Positions 48,247-60,300 of a DNA stretch of 64,000 nucleotides are shown in pieces. The DNA lies in IMG/VR virus record IMGVR_UViG_3300029989_000006. One strand, given 5' to 3'. The stretch's first letter is position 1. The number at the start of each line of letters is the position of its first letter. The stretch is from a virus. Both the position numbers and the translations under genes were made by a program. Under the pieces are notes generated by a model. That model searched no databases, was not told the origin of the DNA, and was given only the letters and a program-made list of their open reading frames with translations.

Positions 48247-49321
48247 TGCAGAAATAATTGCGGACAGTACAATACATGGCCATAGATTGATTACTTATAT
48301 GTTGACTTATCCAAGATTTATACATGCAGAACTGATGACACATCGTGTGTTTTCAAGAAATTCGGCTAGTAGCAGAGCCATACCATTTGAGAAAATGATA
48401 AAATCTGTTGGAGAAGATCCGTTTATTCCTATTGCATGGCAAAAAGATCATAAAGGTATGCAGGGAGCACAATATATTACTTCTCCACAGGGAATAGAAC
48501 ATTGTAATAATTTATGGGAAGTAGCAGCAGAACAAGCTGTTAAATCAGCTAAGATGATAAGAATAATGGATGGAGAAATTGAGTATCCCGGTACAATTGA
48601 GGAAGTATTTTCTGATTTTGAAGATGAGGATGAGATTTTAATTACAAAACAACTTTGTAATCGTCTTTTAGAACCGTTTTTATGGCACACTGTAATAGTA
48701 ACATCAACTGAATTTTCAAATTTCTTTGAATTAAGATGTCCTAAATATATTCAACATACTATAAACAAAGTAAACACTTTTTACAGTAAAAAAGATTATG
48801 AAAATAAGTATGGTAAACAAGATATATCTGAATTAGATTGGATTAAATCTAGTCAATCAGGAGCTGAAATACATATTCAAGCATTAGCGGAAGCTATGTG
48901 GAATGCTAAAAATGAATCTACTCCTAAAGAATTAAAAGAAGGTGAATGGCATATTCCTTTTGGAGATAAAATATCTGGAGATGTTACAAAATGGTTTTCA
49001 ACTATTGAAGATCAAGCATATTGGTTAGGAAAAGATATGACTAAGTTATTTCTTAAAGTAGCTGTTGCACGATGTGCTAGATTATCTTACATGACATTTG
49101 ATGGAGAAATAGATTATAAAAAAGATATTCAACTCCATGATACACTGTTAGCTAGTAAACACGCAAGCCCATTTGAACATGTAAGTCGAGGTTTAACTGA
49201 AGAAGAATATAACACATTAGGTAAAATGATATTAGATCCAGTTAAAGGTTATGTTTTTGAAAAAGGATGGGCTGATAATTTTAGAGGATTTATATCTTAT
49301 AGAAGAATTCTAAATTTCTAA
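48233..49321 (+). CDS. thyX: flavin-dependent thymidylate synthase
   Basis: ELMTHRVFSRNSASSRAIP, NRLLEPF, NFFELR, HASPFEH. Confidence 0.9.
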   Translation: MRKISAEIIADSTIHGHRLITYMLTYPRFIHAELMTHRVFSRNSASSRAIPFEKMIKSVGEDPFIPIAWQKDHKGMQGAQYITSPQGIEHCNNLWEVAAEQAVKSAKMIRIMDGEIEYPGTIEEVFSDFEDEDEILITKQLCNRLLEPFLWHTVIVTSTEFSNFFELRCPKYIQHTINKVNTFYSKKDYENKYGKQDISELDWIKSSQSGAEIHIQALAEAMWNAKNESTPKELKEGEWHIPFGDKISGDVTKWFSTIEDQAYWLGKDMTKLFLKVAVARCARLSYMTFDGEIDYKKDIQLHDTLLASKHASPFEHVSRGLTEEEYNTLGKMILDPVKGYVFEKGWADNFRGFISYRRILNF

Positions 49322-49352
49322 ATTTTAAAGGATTTATTAAAATTTTAATTAT

Positions 49353-49360
49353 TATCTTTG
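49353..49360 (+). promoter_or_regulatory. Bacteroidota-type -7 promoter box
   Basis: TATCTTTG 13 nt upstream of the GIY-YIG ORF. Confidence 0.55.
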
Positions 49361-49373
49361 CATATAACTTTAA

Positions 49374-50105
49374 ATGAAGAATATGTCAGGAATTTATAAA
49401 ATTTTAAATAAATCCAATAACAAATGTTATATTGGTAGTACAGTTAATTTCGGTGATAGAAAAAATTTACATTTTTCTAAATTAAAACGAGGAAAACATC
49501 ATTCAATTATTCTGCAAAGAGCATATGATAAATATGAAATAGATAGTTTTGAATTTATTATTTTAGAAGAGTGTGAAAATGAAAAACTTCTAGAAAGAGA
49601 ACAATGATATTTTGATAATTATAAACCAGAATATAATGTTGCAAAAGTTGCAGGAAATACACTAGGTGTTGCCTCTACAAGACGTATAGCTATAGTACAA
49701 TATGACTTAGATGGAAATCAAATAAAAATTTGGGATTGTTTAGAAGATATTAAAAAAGAATTAAATTTGGCTGCATCCTCAAAGATATCTGAATGTTGTA
49801 AATTAAAACGAAATAAAATTTATGGCTTTGTTTGAAGATATTTAGAGGATAATCCTGGATTTTCATTAAGTACAGTTAGAAAAGGTAAATGTATTGCTGA
49901 GATAGATTCTTGTGGAAATATTATTAATGTATGAGAAAGAATTATAGATTGTGCAAATGATATAGGAACATCTTCTGCAGCAATTTGTGATACTTTATCA
50001 GAAAAATCCCGAAGAAAAACAATATATAATAGAATGTTTAAAAGAATAGAAAAAGAAGAGTTAGAACAATATCGTTATTTAATAGAAAATAAAAATGATT
50101 GATAA
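49374..50105 (+). CDS. free-standing GIY-YIG homing endonuclease with NUMOD1 (TGA=Trp)
   Basis: GIYKI..YIGS; REQ[TGA]YFD..PEYN; GFV[TGA]RY; in-frame TGA at 49605, 49833, 49932, 50100, then TAA; 243 aa. Confidence 0.88.
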
Positions 50106-50610
50106 TATAACTTTAGAAAGAATAAAATTACTTCATCCTAAAATTAGGAATGAAGTACATGATATATATGTAAATGAAGTTGTTCCTGCTTTAACAGGTA
50201 AATCAACTTGTAGATTTGCATACACATTAAGAACATTTGCTGAACAAGATTTATTGTATGCACAAGGTAGAACCAAATTATTTGATGCAAGTGGAAATCG
50301 ATTAGGTATCGTAACTAATGCTTCTGGTGGAAAATCTATCCATAATTATGGATTAGCTTTTGATATTGTATTGTTAGAAAATGCAATTGCTTCATGGGAT
50401 ATAGTAAAAGATTTTGATGGTGATCATGTTCCAGATTGGATGGAAGTTATTAATATCTTTAAAAATAAAGGATATGAATGGGGTGGAGACTGGAAAAGTT
50501 TAAAAGATACACCACATTTACAAAAGACTTTTGGATTAAACTGGGCACAATGTTCAGCTATATATAAAAGAAAAGGTGGATTAGATGCTGATGGATATAT
50601 TATTTTTTAA
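50095..50610 (+). CDS. M15 family L-Ala-D-Glu peptidase (endolysin)
   Basis: RTFAEQ..LYAQGR, SIHNYGLAFD, WGGDW..D.PHLQ. Confidence 0.9.
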   Translation: MIDNITLERIKLLHPKIRNEVHDIYVNEVVPALTGKSTCRFAYTLRTFAEQDLLYAQGRTKLFDASGNRLGIVTNASGGKSIHNYGLAFDIVLLENAIASWDIVKDFDGDHVPDWMEVINIFKNKGYEWGGDWKSLKDTPHLQKTFGLNWAQCSAIYKRKGGLDADGYIIF

Positions 50611-50614
50611 TTAA

Positions 50615-50998
50615 ATGGAAGAAAAGGCATTAAGATTTAATAGTGGAAAACCTAAATGGTCTTTAGTTCATTATAAATCAATAGTTCCCATGATCCGTGT
50701 ATTGGAATATGGGGCACATAAATACAGCACTTTTATAAGTCAAGATGGATCAAAAACTGTAACAGGTGCTGAGATAACTCAAGAAGAAGCAAAGGATTGG
50801 ATTTTATTAACCTCTGGAAGAAATAATTGGAAGAAACCAATGGATCTGAAAGAGATTTTAGAATCTATGCAACGACATATAGCTCAATTAATGGATGGAG
50901 AAGATTGTGATTTAGAGTCCGGTATTAATCATATGGGACACATAATGTGTAATGCAATGTTCTATAATTATCATAAAGATAATGAACTTTTAACTTAA
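50615..50998 (+). CDS. dATP/dGTP diphosphohydrolase-like (DUF5664)
   Basis: GKPKWSL, VLEYGAHKY, NNW, RH, D.ESGINH..H..CN. Confidence 0.82.
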   Translation: MEEKALRFNSGKPKWSLVHYKSIVPMIRVLEYGAHKYSTFISQDGSKTVTGAEITQEEAKDWILLTSGRNNWKKPMDLKEILESMQRHIAQLMDGEDCDLESGINHMGHIMCNAMFYNYHKDNELLT

Positions 50999-50999
50999 A

Positions 51000-51182
51000 A
51001 TGGAAAAGAAGGCAAAGTTCAAAGTAGTGCATAATAAACCTCAGTTAATTTGCTCTAAATGTAGTGAATTAGTGAAATATTCAAAAGATTTCTCAGAAGA
51101 GGATTGGAAAGCATTTAAAGGAGAGATTTTATTAAAACCACAATTTTGTGATAAATGTGAAGAAATTTTAAAATATAAATAA
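51000..51182 (+). CDS. small zinc-binding protein
   Basis: CSKC...FCDKC; paralog of the 2612 N-terminus. Confidence 0.65.
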   Translation: MEKKAKFKVVHNKPQLICSKCSELVKYSKDFSEEDWKAFKGEILLKPQFCDKCEEILKYK

Positions 51183-51604
51183 TGCAATATATTAAATTTT
51201 TACAAGGATTACCAGGAAGCGGAAAAACTACATGGGCTAAGAAAGTAATTGAACTGAATAAAGACTATGTAATTGTTTCTAGAGCAGAAATATCTAAAAT
51301 AGTTGATGGAATCCCTTACACAGAAGAAATTCATAATGATGTGTTTGAATTGCAGAAGATTATTTGTAAAATATTTCTAAATTCTGGAAAATCTGTAATT
51401 CTTGATGATATGAATTTTGATCCAAAATATTGGGAATATTTTTCTCAATTATCTGTTTCTAGAGGCATTCCAATTGAAAGGATTTTCTTTGATGTGCTAG
51501 TTGAAGAATGTATCGAACGAGATTCAAAACGTGAAAAACCAATTGGAAAAGTAGCTATCGAGCTTGCGTATACAAAGTATCTTAAAGATAATAATAATGA
51601 ATAA
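51182..51604 (+). CDS. P-loop kinase (AAA_33; polynucleotide kinase-like)
   Basis: GLPGSGKTT, VILDDMN, CIERD..R. Confidence 0.85.
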   Translation: MQYIKFLQGLPGSGKTTWAKKVIELNKDYVIVSRAEISKIVDGIPYTEEIHNDVFELQKIICKIFLNSGKSVILDDMNFDPKYWEYFSQLSVSRGIPIERIFFDVLVEECIERDSKREKPIGKVAIELAYTKYLKDNNNE

Positions 51605-51860
51605 AGAGATTGTGATTAAAATTTTGGAAACCAATTCTGTTTCACGAGATGAATTACATATTTTTATTTCAGATTATATATTGGAAAAGAAAAATAAGAA
51701 CATCTCAGGACAAGAATTAGCTGCAATTGAAAGTATGATCCATCAAGGATTTTTAAATCTAAGATTTGCTGCTGAACAAGCTGCATATGATTTGGGATTA
51801 ACAGTATTATCTTTATTGGATAATGCTTCAAATCCTAAAAAAACTTGGGTATATGAATAA
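51597..51860 (+). CDS. hypothetical protein
   Basis: Last ORF before terminator. Confidence 0.6.
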   Translation: MNKEIVIKILETNSVSRDELHIFISDYILEKKNKNISGQELAAIESMIHQGFLNLRFAAEQAAYDLGLTVLSLLDNASNPKKTWVYE

Positions 51861-51865
51861 ATAAT

Positions 51866-51913
51866 AATAGGGAAGGATTGTAGTTTAACTACAGTCTTTC
51901 CCTATTTTTTTTT
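51866..51913 (+). terminator. intrinsic terminator
   Basis: aatagggaaggattgtag/ctacagtctttccctatt plus T tract. Confidence 0.85.
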
Positions 51914-51978
51914 GATTTTTATATTTTTTATGAAAAAATATTTATATTTTTGATGATTAATTTAATATTATAATTCTT

Positions 51979-52686
51979 ATGGAAAATTCAAATTTTGCTT
52001 CATATACACCGTACATTGATGATCTTTCATCTGATGAAAAATTAAAAGAATATTATACTCAGCATCCTCATTTTTCTAATGAGTATTTAGATAGATATTT
52101 AGCACAACTAACTCCTGAACCTAAAACTATGATTGTAACAACTCCTAAAGATGAAAAACATTACTCCACAAGTGATATTATAGGAAATAAAGAATATTTT
52201 GCTAAATTATTAGGAACTAAATCTAATTATGTTTCTCCAGTTAAAAATGAAATTACTGATGAAATTAGTAAAATGGATGTACCTGATGAAGATAAAGAAT
52301 ATCTAGTAAAATTAGCAGGAAGAGAAAGTAATTATAATCCAACTGTCAAGAATAAATTTGGGTACTATGGATTATATCAATTTGGTGATAGTGCTCTAAA
52401 AGATATTGGTGAGACTAGACAATCTTTTACAGATAGTGCAACACAGAATAATGGTGCACTAAAATTAGCTAAGTTAAATGAATCTCGTTTACAAAATGTA
52501 ATGAGTGAATTTGTAGGTAAGAAATTTAGGGGATTAAATATCACAAGAAATGGAATTTTAGCTGCAGCACATTTATTAGGTGCAGGAAAAGTGCAGAAAT
52601 GGTTTAGTGAAGAAAAACCTGATGCAAAAGATTATCATGATGGTTTTGGAACAAAAATAGAAGAATATTTAAATCTTTATTCATAA
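51979..52686 (+). CDS. lysozyme-like/lytic transglycosylase domain protein
   Basis: RESNYNP...GYYGLYQF, AAAHLLG motifs. Confidence 0.75.
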   Translation: MENSNFASYTPYIDDLSSDEKLKEYYTQHPHFSNEYLDRYLAQLTPEPKTMIVTTPKDEKHYSTSDIIGNKEYFAKLLGTKSNYVSPVKNEITDEISKMDVPDEDKEYLVKLAGRESNYNPTVKNKFGYYGLYQFGDSALKDIGETRQSFTDSATQNNGALKLAKLNESRLQNVMSEFVGKKFRGLNITRNGILAAAHLLGAGKVQKWFSEEKPDAKDYHDGFGTKIEEYLNLYS

Positions 52687-52694
52687 TAAAACAG

Positions 52695-52734
52695 AAATAC
52701 CCACAGTACAATCGTACTGTGGGTATTTTTTTTT
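52695..52734. terminator. terminator between convergent gene blocks (probably bidirectional)
   Basis: 15-bp perfect stem aaatacccacagtac-AATC-gtactgtgggtattt, T tract on +. Confidence 0.88.
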
Positions 52735-55700
52735 ATTCTGATGGATGCATAAACTCAAACATCTTAAGATCTTTATTCATTAATTGTTCAAATGTTTTAT
52801 TTCCTCATAATACACTGTGTACATCTGTTGCAGTTTTAGTTCCTCAAGCTCAAAAAACTGGCTCAGTTTTTAAAGCTCCTAAAGTATTATTTCATAAATT
52901 TCCTTCACTTAATACTTTTTTATTTACGGATGCCATAAACTCTACTGTTCTTCCATCAATTCCATCAGTACCATTTTCTGCAATTCAGCCATCATAAATA
53001 GCCTTCATCATACCAAACAGTAAAACCATTAATAATGAATCTACCATTGCAAAACCTACTCTCTCATTTCTATGATCTTTATTTTTTGCAATTTCTCCTC
53101 AGTTTCCTTTTATAACATCTTGCATTAGATATCCTACAGAGTATAATAACCCTTCTTGTGGATGTCCTACTCATGCTAACATTGGATCTCCAGTATTTTC
53201 AGTAGTTGCTTTAAATCCAATAATTTCATCAGGATTTGTTTGACTATAAACAGGTTCTCTTCATAATAATTGACCTGTTTCCTCATCAGTTACTTGTTGA
53301 TGACTTCCCATCATACTTTTATCTGCAGAAACTGGTTTACCAAATCACATATTCATCTTACCTGGCCAGAATTGAAGTAATTGTAATCAGATTATTCCAT
53401 ACCAAGTATTATGTCACTCGGCTTGACTATCTTTATCATAATATCCATAAACTGTATCAGTAAAAGATTTAAATCCAGTTCTTTCTTTTTCAGAATAAGC
53501 TTGATCTAATAAATCAGTTGCTTCATCAAGAATTGGATTGTTTCCTTTAGCTAATTCTGTATTTCTTTCACCTAAAATTATTGTATAAAGATTTCTTTGT
53601 TCATTATATTTTAGATTATTCTTTGCAGGAATATATTGTCCATCAGCATTTTTATATTTTTCTCTATTTTGGAAATAATATTCAAATCGCTTATCTTGAG
53701 TTGGATCATAGTGTATATAACCTTTATCGTCTAAAGTATGTGCATAAAAACTTCCATCATGAATCATTTTTGCAATGAATAGAGATAATCTATTATAATA
53801 ATCAGGAATAGTATTACAAGCATACATCCATTTACTTAATCCTAACATAGCACCTCTTCTATTTGTCTGCATTTTTCTCGGTAAAGAATTAACATCCATA
53901 TTTGCAAATCCATAATAAAGATTTATTCCATCCATTAAATTTCATTTTTTAGACATTTTATTATCAACTGCTAACATAATCTTCATTGCTTCTGCTAAAT
54001 CTTTAATATTAAATGGTTTTTTTCCACCATAAATATTAAGGGCAGCCAATCCTACATTTTTATACAATCCAAATGTTAATTCCTTTGCCATTAAAGCAGG
54101 ACGAAATCCTAACATTGCAGCAGTTGCAATGGTTTTCCCTGATCGAACTAATCTAATTGCATCACTTGCCTCTGGATCAATAATAGGTTCATCAAATAAT
54201 CCTAATTTTATTCTATTAGTAATGTATTCTAATTGTTTAGATATGTTTTCTTTATTTTTTCCTGCAAGTAATTTCATTCATCAAACATATGATGTAATAT
54301 TTGGAAGAATTGCGTCAACATTTGCTTTTCTTATACTACTGAAAGCAACTCTATGAGCTATTGTATCTAAATCCAATTCATAATATCCTGGGGAATTTTC
54401 ATTAATTAGTCTAACTTTCATTTCATCTGATTGCATAGAATAAATATCATACATTTCATTGAAACCTAATTGTGTTTCTTTAATTCTATTTAAATCATTT
54501 TCTGAAAATTCTCTTGGATCTAAATAGTCCTTAGTTTCATCAAGTCATTTAGATACATCTTGTCATAATCCTGCTAATCCACTTTTTAAAATTCTATCAT
54601 TTCTATTAATTTGTTGAGAACGCATTATTGGCATTTTGAAATAATCTCCAGAAATAATACTCTTTATAATTATACCAGAAGTATCAGTTTTAGTAATAGA
54701 TTCTATACTTGTTAAATCAATTTTACCTCATAATTTTTCTGGAATATGTAGTCTATATTTTTTAATTTCAAATAACATTTGCTTAGAATATTCTTGTTCA
54801 GCCTGTGTTAGAGTCTTATCAGAATATGGATCTTTTAATGACCAACTATTAGAAACTTCACTGCCATCATGTTCTCACATATTTTTATTAAGAGATCTAA
54901 CATTACCAATTCAATTTTGTGAAAGATTTGAGTAGTTTATTTTTTTAAAAAATTCATATGTAAATGCAGCTATTGTAGTAGATTGTTTATACATTTTATG
55001 TCTAATACTAGAATTTGCTCCTGTAATCATTTTATTAATATTCTGTAAATCTACAGAACCTATACGATCAGGAGTATTAGTTTTCAAACCACCAATAATT
55101 CCTAAAATTCTTCTACCAGTTTTATCATAATCTGCTTGTTCATCTGAATAAAAAGCTGCTAATAAACTTTTAAAATCAGAGAAACCAATAGCAAAATTTC
55201 TCATTTGCATAAAATCTCCCTCTGGGACATCTCCTGATTTAGCAACAATTAATGAAGATAGAATTGCAAAAACATATTCAAGTCTGTTCTTAAAATCAAT
55301 TTCAGAACCAAAAGTTTTTTTCTTTAATTCTGGAAAAGCATCAGCAAGTTCTCTATGAATTTGTTTCAATTTATACAATTCCATTCCTTGATAATCTTCA
55401 CCATATTTTAAAACAATTTTTTCAACTGATGTAGACTCTAAATTAAGAACTGCCTCTTGCATTTCTGTAACAGCTCTATCTGTAAGATTAAGAAAATTAG
55501 ATAAATTTATTTTTGGAGTTATTCCTTTTGAAGTTAATAAATCAAAATATTGTTTTTGTATTTTATTTACATCAAAATATCTTGCCTGAGATCCCTCAAC
55601 ATTTAATGGTATTAAATTCTTAATTTTATTGAAATCTAAATCTAATTCATCATAATAATGATGAAAAAATAATAACATTTTTAAATATTCAACCTCAGCA

Positions 55701-57334
55701 AATGTTGTGTTTTTATCATATTTTGCATCACCATTTAATACAGTCAAACTAAATAAAACTAATTTATTACTTCTTTTACTTTTTAATAAGATAAATCCTA
55801 AAGAATCAAGTGCCATATTATTTTCAACAACTTTATAATCACCATTTAAATACGGAGATAGTAAGGCATTAACATGAAGGGTTTGGTGGTCATTAGCCAT
55901 CTTAAGAGGTAAATCCGATTTATTTAGAATTGCCTCAGAAATTTTATCCTTTAATTGCGTAACTCTGTAATAGTTATTTTCCGATAATTTCTTAGTATAT
56001 GCGTAAACTCTTTCTTTAAATTTTACCAGTTTTTCAGCATCTGATAAACCTGGTGCCCTAAATCTAAAATTTTCATCTTTAATTAAACCAAGTTCAAAAT
56101 CATCAATTTTACTAATAAATTCTAATTTATTATTTTTTATTGCATCTGCAATTATTTTTTCTGGATCATTTTCATCCTTAGATGTTTTGATCTTATATAA
56201 TGGGAATAAAAAAGCTAAATCTGCTAAAAATCTATCATTCTTTTTAGTATCATATTCTATATTAAACTTTTCAGGAATAATTAACTGAGCAGTTCTTGTT
56301 ATAGTACCAGTAGATTGTAAACCAGTATTTGCAGCAGATAATGATACAATTTTTCCTGCGCTAAAATTAATTGGATTAAATTTATTTAAAGTTGAACGTT
56401 CTCCAATACTGATTGGAATAACATTTATAGAAATAATATTTTTAGCATTAATATGTTGTGCTAATAACTGTCTTTGAAGTGCTAATTCTCAATCTGTTGT
56501 TAATTTCTTTGTTGAATCCCAGTCTGGATAATCACGTTTTGATAATTTTAATTCAAAAATATGAACATTTCCATCCTCATCAACTACAACAAAATCTAAT
56601 TTTCCTTTTAAACCAATGGCTCCACCATCTATAGTATCTAATATAACATTAGTTAATATAGTTCCTTTACTATTTAGAGTTGAATAAATTTTATATAATA
56701 CATCTTTAATTTTATCTTTTCAATCCTGACTTTCTCCACCTAAATGCCATTTATTCTTTTCAATTAAATCATCAATATTCTGTTCAACACTAATATTAAA
56801 TTCACCTTGAGAAAATTTAAGACTACTTAAAATTGAATGTAATCCAATTCCAAAATCTCTTAATCCTTTTTCTATTTCAATAACATCTTGAATATCCTTT
56901 GTATATTGTATGATTTTATTACTTATATCTGGATTATCAGCATATTGAGAAATTAGTTCTTTTAAACTTCAATCAATATGTGGATTAACTCCATCAGAAA
57001 TTAATTTCCTTTTAACTTCTGATAGTATTCTATTTTCTTCAATATATTCAGGAGCTAATCTTTGTTTAGAAATTCCTAAAGTTCCTAAAAACTCTTCCTG
57101 TCTAGTAGTAATAAATTGTGAAATATCCATTTTACTTGGATCCATTGATATAGTTTTTCCTCTTGGAAATTGATCTTTAATTTTATCTACTATACTATTT
57201 ACAATTTCATCAGAACTAAAAATTTTTGTATTTTTTAGTTCTGATGTATTTTTATAATAATATTCAGTTAATCCTGTTAAAGTTACAGGATGTTTAAAAT
57301 TATCCTTTAATAAGTAAGTACAATTTATTGACAT
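52733..57334 (-). CDS. giant virion cargo protein with PD-(D/E)xK nuclease-like domain and C-terminal hydrophobic helix (TGA=Trp), about 1533 aa
   Basis: Fragments 56969-57334, 54911-55900, 53942-54277, 53414-53935 share one frame and each ends at TGA; TAA at 52733-52735; motifs GIGLH and GKLDFVVVDEDGNVHIFELK. Confidence 0.82.
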
Positions 57335-60300
57335 TGTATTTCTAAATTATTGTTTTTAATTTGTTCTGACATTCATTCACGGAAATTGGTTTCAAATAAA
57401 ATTAAACTTTCATTTCCTATTTCATGAGAGAGTCTGGGAAATCTTGATTCCATAGTAGTATTTAATATAGAAAATATATTTGAATCTTCTGTTATTGGTT
57501 CTAATTCTAATTTTATTAAAGCACTATTTATTGCATTGCTAAATGATTTATAATCAATAATATTTTCAATTCCAAGATTAATTTTATTAGTTAATTTATT
57601 AATTAATTCTTCTTCTAATTCAGATAAATCTTCTGTTTTAGAATTAGAAAGTAATTTATAATTTTGTAATACTTCTTCATATGTATTTTTACTTAAATCA
57701 TTGTATTTTAATGCAATAAAAAATAAATGTAAATACTCATGAATAATATTTTGTTTACCAGAATTAAGATTTGCAGTATTTATAACCAATCTTTGTCCTT
57801 GTTCATTAGATTCTATTCAAGCCTGTTTAGATTGAAGATCAGTATTATATACATGATCTACATCAATATTAAAAATTGTTGAAAATCTTTTAGTTAAATC
57901 TGAAAGTATAATTCTATTTCTAGCAATAATATCCTCAGGAGAATTATTATTTTCACCAATTTTAAGATCTAATTTTTCTAATTTTGATCCAATTTTACGA
58001 TTTCCTTTCTTTGCATAAATTCACATTATATCATTAGAATTTTTAGGAATAGTTTTAATTACTGTTAGAATTTTACCCCTGTGTGAAAATGTATTAAATT
58101 CTATAGTAATGTTATCAGCTGAAGCAGAAGTAATTTGATATAATTTGTTTTGAGAAACCATATTTCCATCAACTGTCTTAGCTAATACAATATACGCTCC
58201 AGGTTGTAATAATTCTCTTTTTTGTTCAGTTTTTTCCTGAAAATTAGAATTATACAATGCTTTATTAAATCTTTGATAATAACCTCTTTCTAAAGTTTTT
58301 ACATATAATCCAGTTCCGTTAATATTTCGTTTAAAATTAATTGCATTAATTAAATCCTCAGTAACATTAGTGTATCCTTCATAGTCTTTTGGATTTTTAT
58401 TATATATTTCTTCTGCAACAAGTGTTCCTATATTTAATTGTCCACTTGGCATTAACAAAGCTGTCTGAAAATCTAAATTACTTGGGATAAAACATAACAT
58501 TGAAGTTTTATCTTCTCCTTCATATAAAGTCTGTAAAAATAAATTATTATATTCTATATTTTCAATAGCAGAACTTCTACTAATATCACGTGTAGTAATA
58601 AAATTAGTTCGTTTTGATAAATCATTATCTACTAAATATTCATTTATTGGCATTAAAGTTTTTTTATCAAAATTAATCATTGCTAATAAATTTTTATCTT
58701 TATTTAGTATTTGATAAATTTGATTATATTCAACTCCTTCATTAGTTTGCTTTGGTATTATAACAAAGTCTCCTTCTGAACTTAATTCAAAATTATCAAA
58801 ACTTGAATAAGAAAATTTAGCTGGAGATTGATCTTTTGCAATTCTATTTGCAAATTCTGACATTTCTTGAAATACTTCTCTAGTAACCTGTGGTTTTTTT
58901 CTATAAACATTTACTACAGAATCTCTACTAATTGCTTCAGAATAATATTTATCATTTCTTTTTACTAATATATAAATTGATTTTTCATCATCACTTATTC
59001 CAAGAACTTTATTATATCTTCTTTTACCTTTTTCATCAATATGAAGTATATAATCAGATGAATCAATAGGAACTTGAGGATTTCTTCTTAATTCTATTGC
59101 ATCATAATTTTTTAATGTCTGAACTTTTTCTTCCCATGTTTGGTCAGTAAATTCATCTTCAAATGCATTTTTATGTGTTATTAGAGTTGTAATTCTATCT
59201 AAATTAACATATGGATTTTCTAATAATACATCTTGTTTTTCACCAGTATAAACTTTATTAAGCAATAATTTAGAAGGAGAAACATCTTTAATAGTATTTC
59301 AATAAGTTTTTACCTCAGTTTGTTTAGCCCCATTCTTTATTTTTTCTTTTCTAGTTTCACTTTGGACTCTACCACCTCTTACTGCGCTAGATAAAACTAA
59401 TGATTTAGGTAAATATTCACCCTTATTTGCTTTTATAACAATTGAATCATTTGAATTTATTTCATTTGCTTCAGTAGTATTTAGTATTTTAGTTCCTTTA
59501 GCTAATTTTCTAAATTTTATTTCTCCTAAATATATTCTGTCTGTGGCAATTTTAATTTTTCCTTCACTATTATAAAATCCTCTAATTTTTATTCTATCAT
59601 CCTCTATATCCACATCAACAGGAACAATATATCTTGTATAATCCTCTTTTTTAGGAATTAATATTAAATCTTGACCAAGACTTAGATTGGATTTTATAAA
59701 ATTAACCATAGATTCTAAATCTGTAAAATCTTTAGAAGTTTCTTGTGGTGAATAATAATCATCCTTTTTTTCTAGATACTTCTGAATCTTTATTCCCTTT
59801 TGAGTTAAAGTAGATTTTAAATAATCATCAGATATTTTACCATATTCCTCTGATGCTTCTTTATTTTTATCTACTCAATTTGTTTCTCCTAAATTAAAAA
59901 TTTGTTTTAAAAGTAAATCAAATTGTGTATTTAAAAGGAATTTTGAACCAGTTATTATATTTACTAAATCAGCGTAAATGGCATCTCTATTAGGATTTTG
60001 AGATAAACTGTCTAAAATTGGATTCTGAAATTCTAAATTTTCATTTTCTCCAATAAATTTTCCAATAAAAAATTCTTCTGGAGTATATTCTTTAGTTATG
60101 CCATATTTTAATAAAACATTTGATAAATTTTCTTTAGACATTAAAGATCCCTGATGTTTAAAAATTCCATAGAACATAGAGAGATAATTATTTTTATCAT
60201 AAACTATTGTTGGATCTTCTGTTCCATTATTTATTACAGTAGCTTGATTTTGATCAAATTGTCCTGAAATAAATATTTTCTTATGTTTTAAAGGTCCTTT

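Noticed and set aside
3160-48690. Short minus-strand ORFs in the early/middle region
   Set aside because: All overlap well-supported plus-strand genes and lack motifs.
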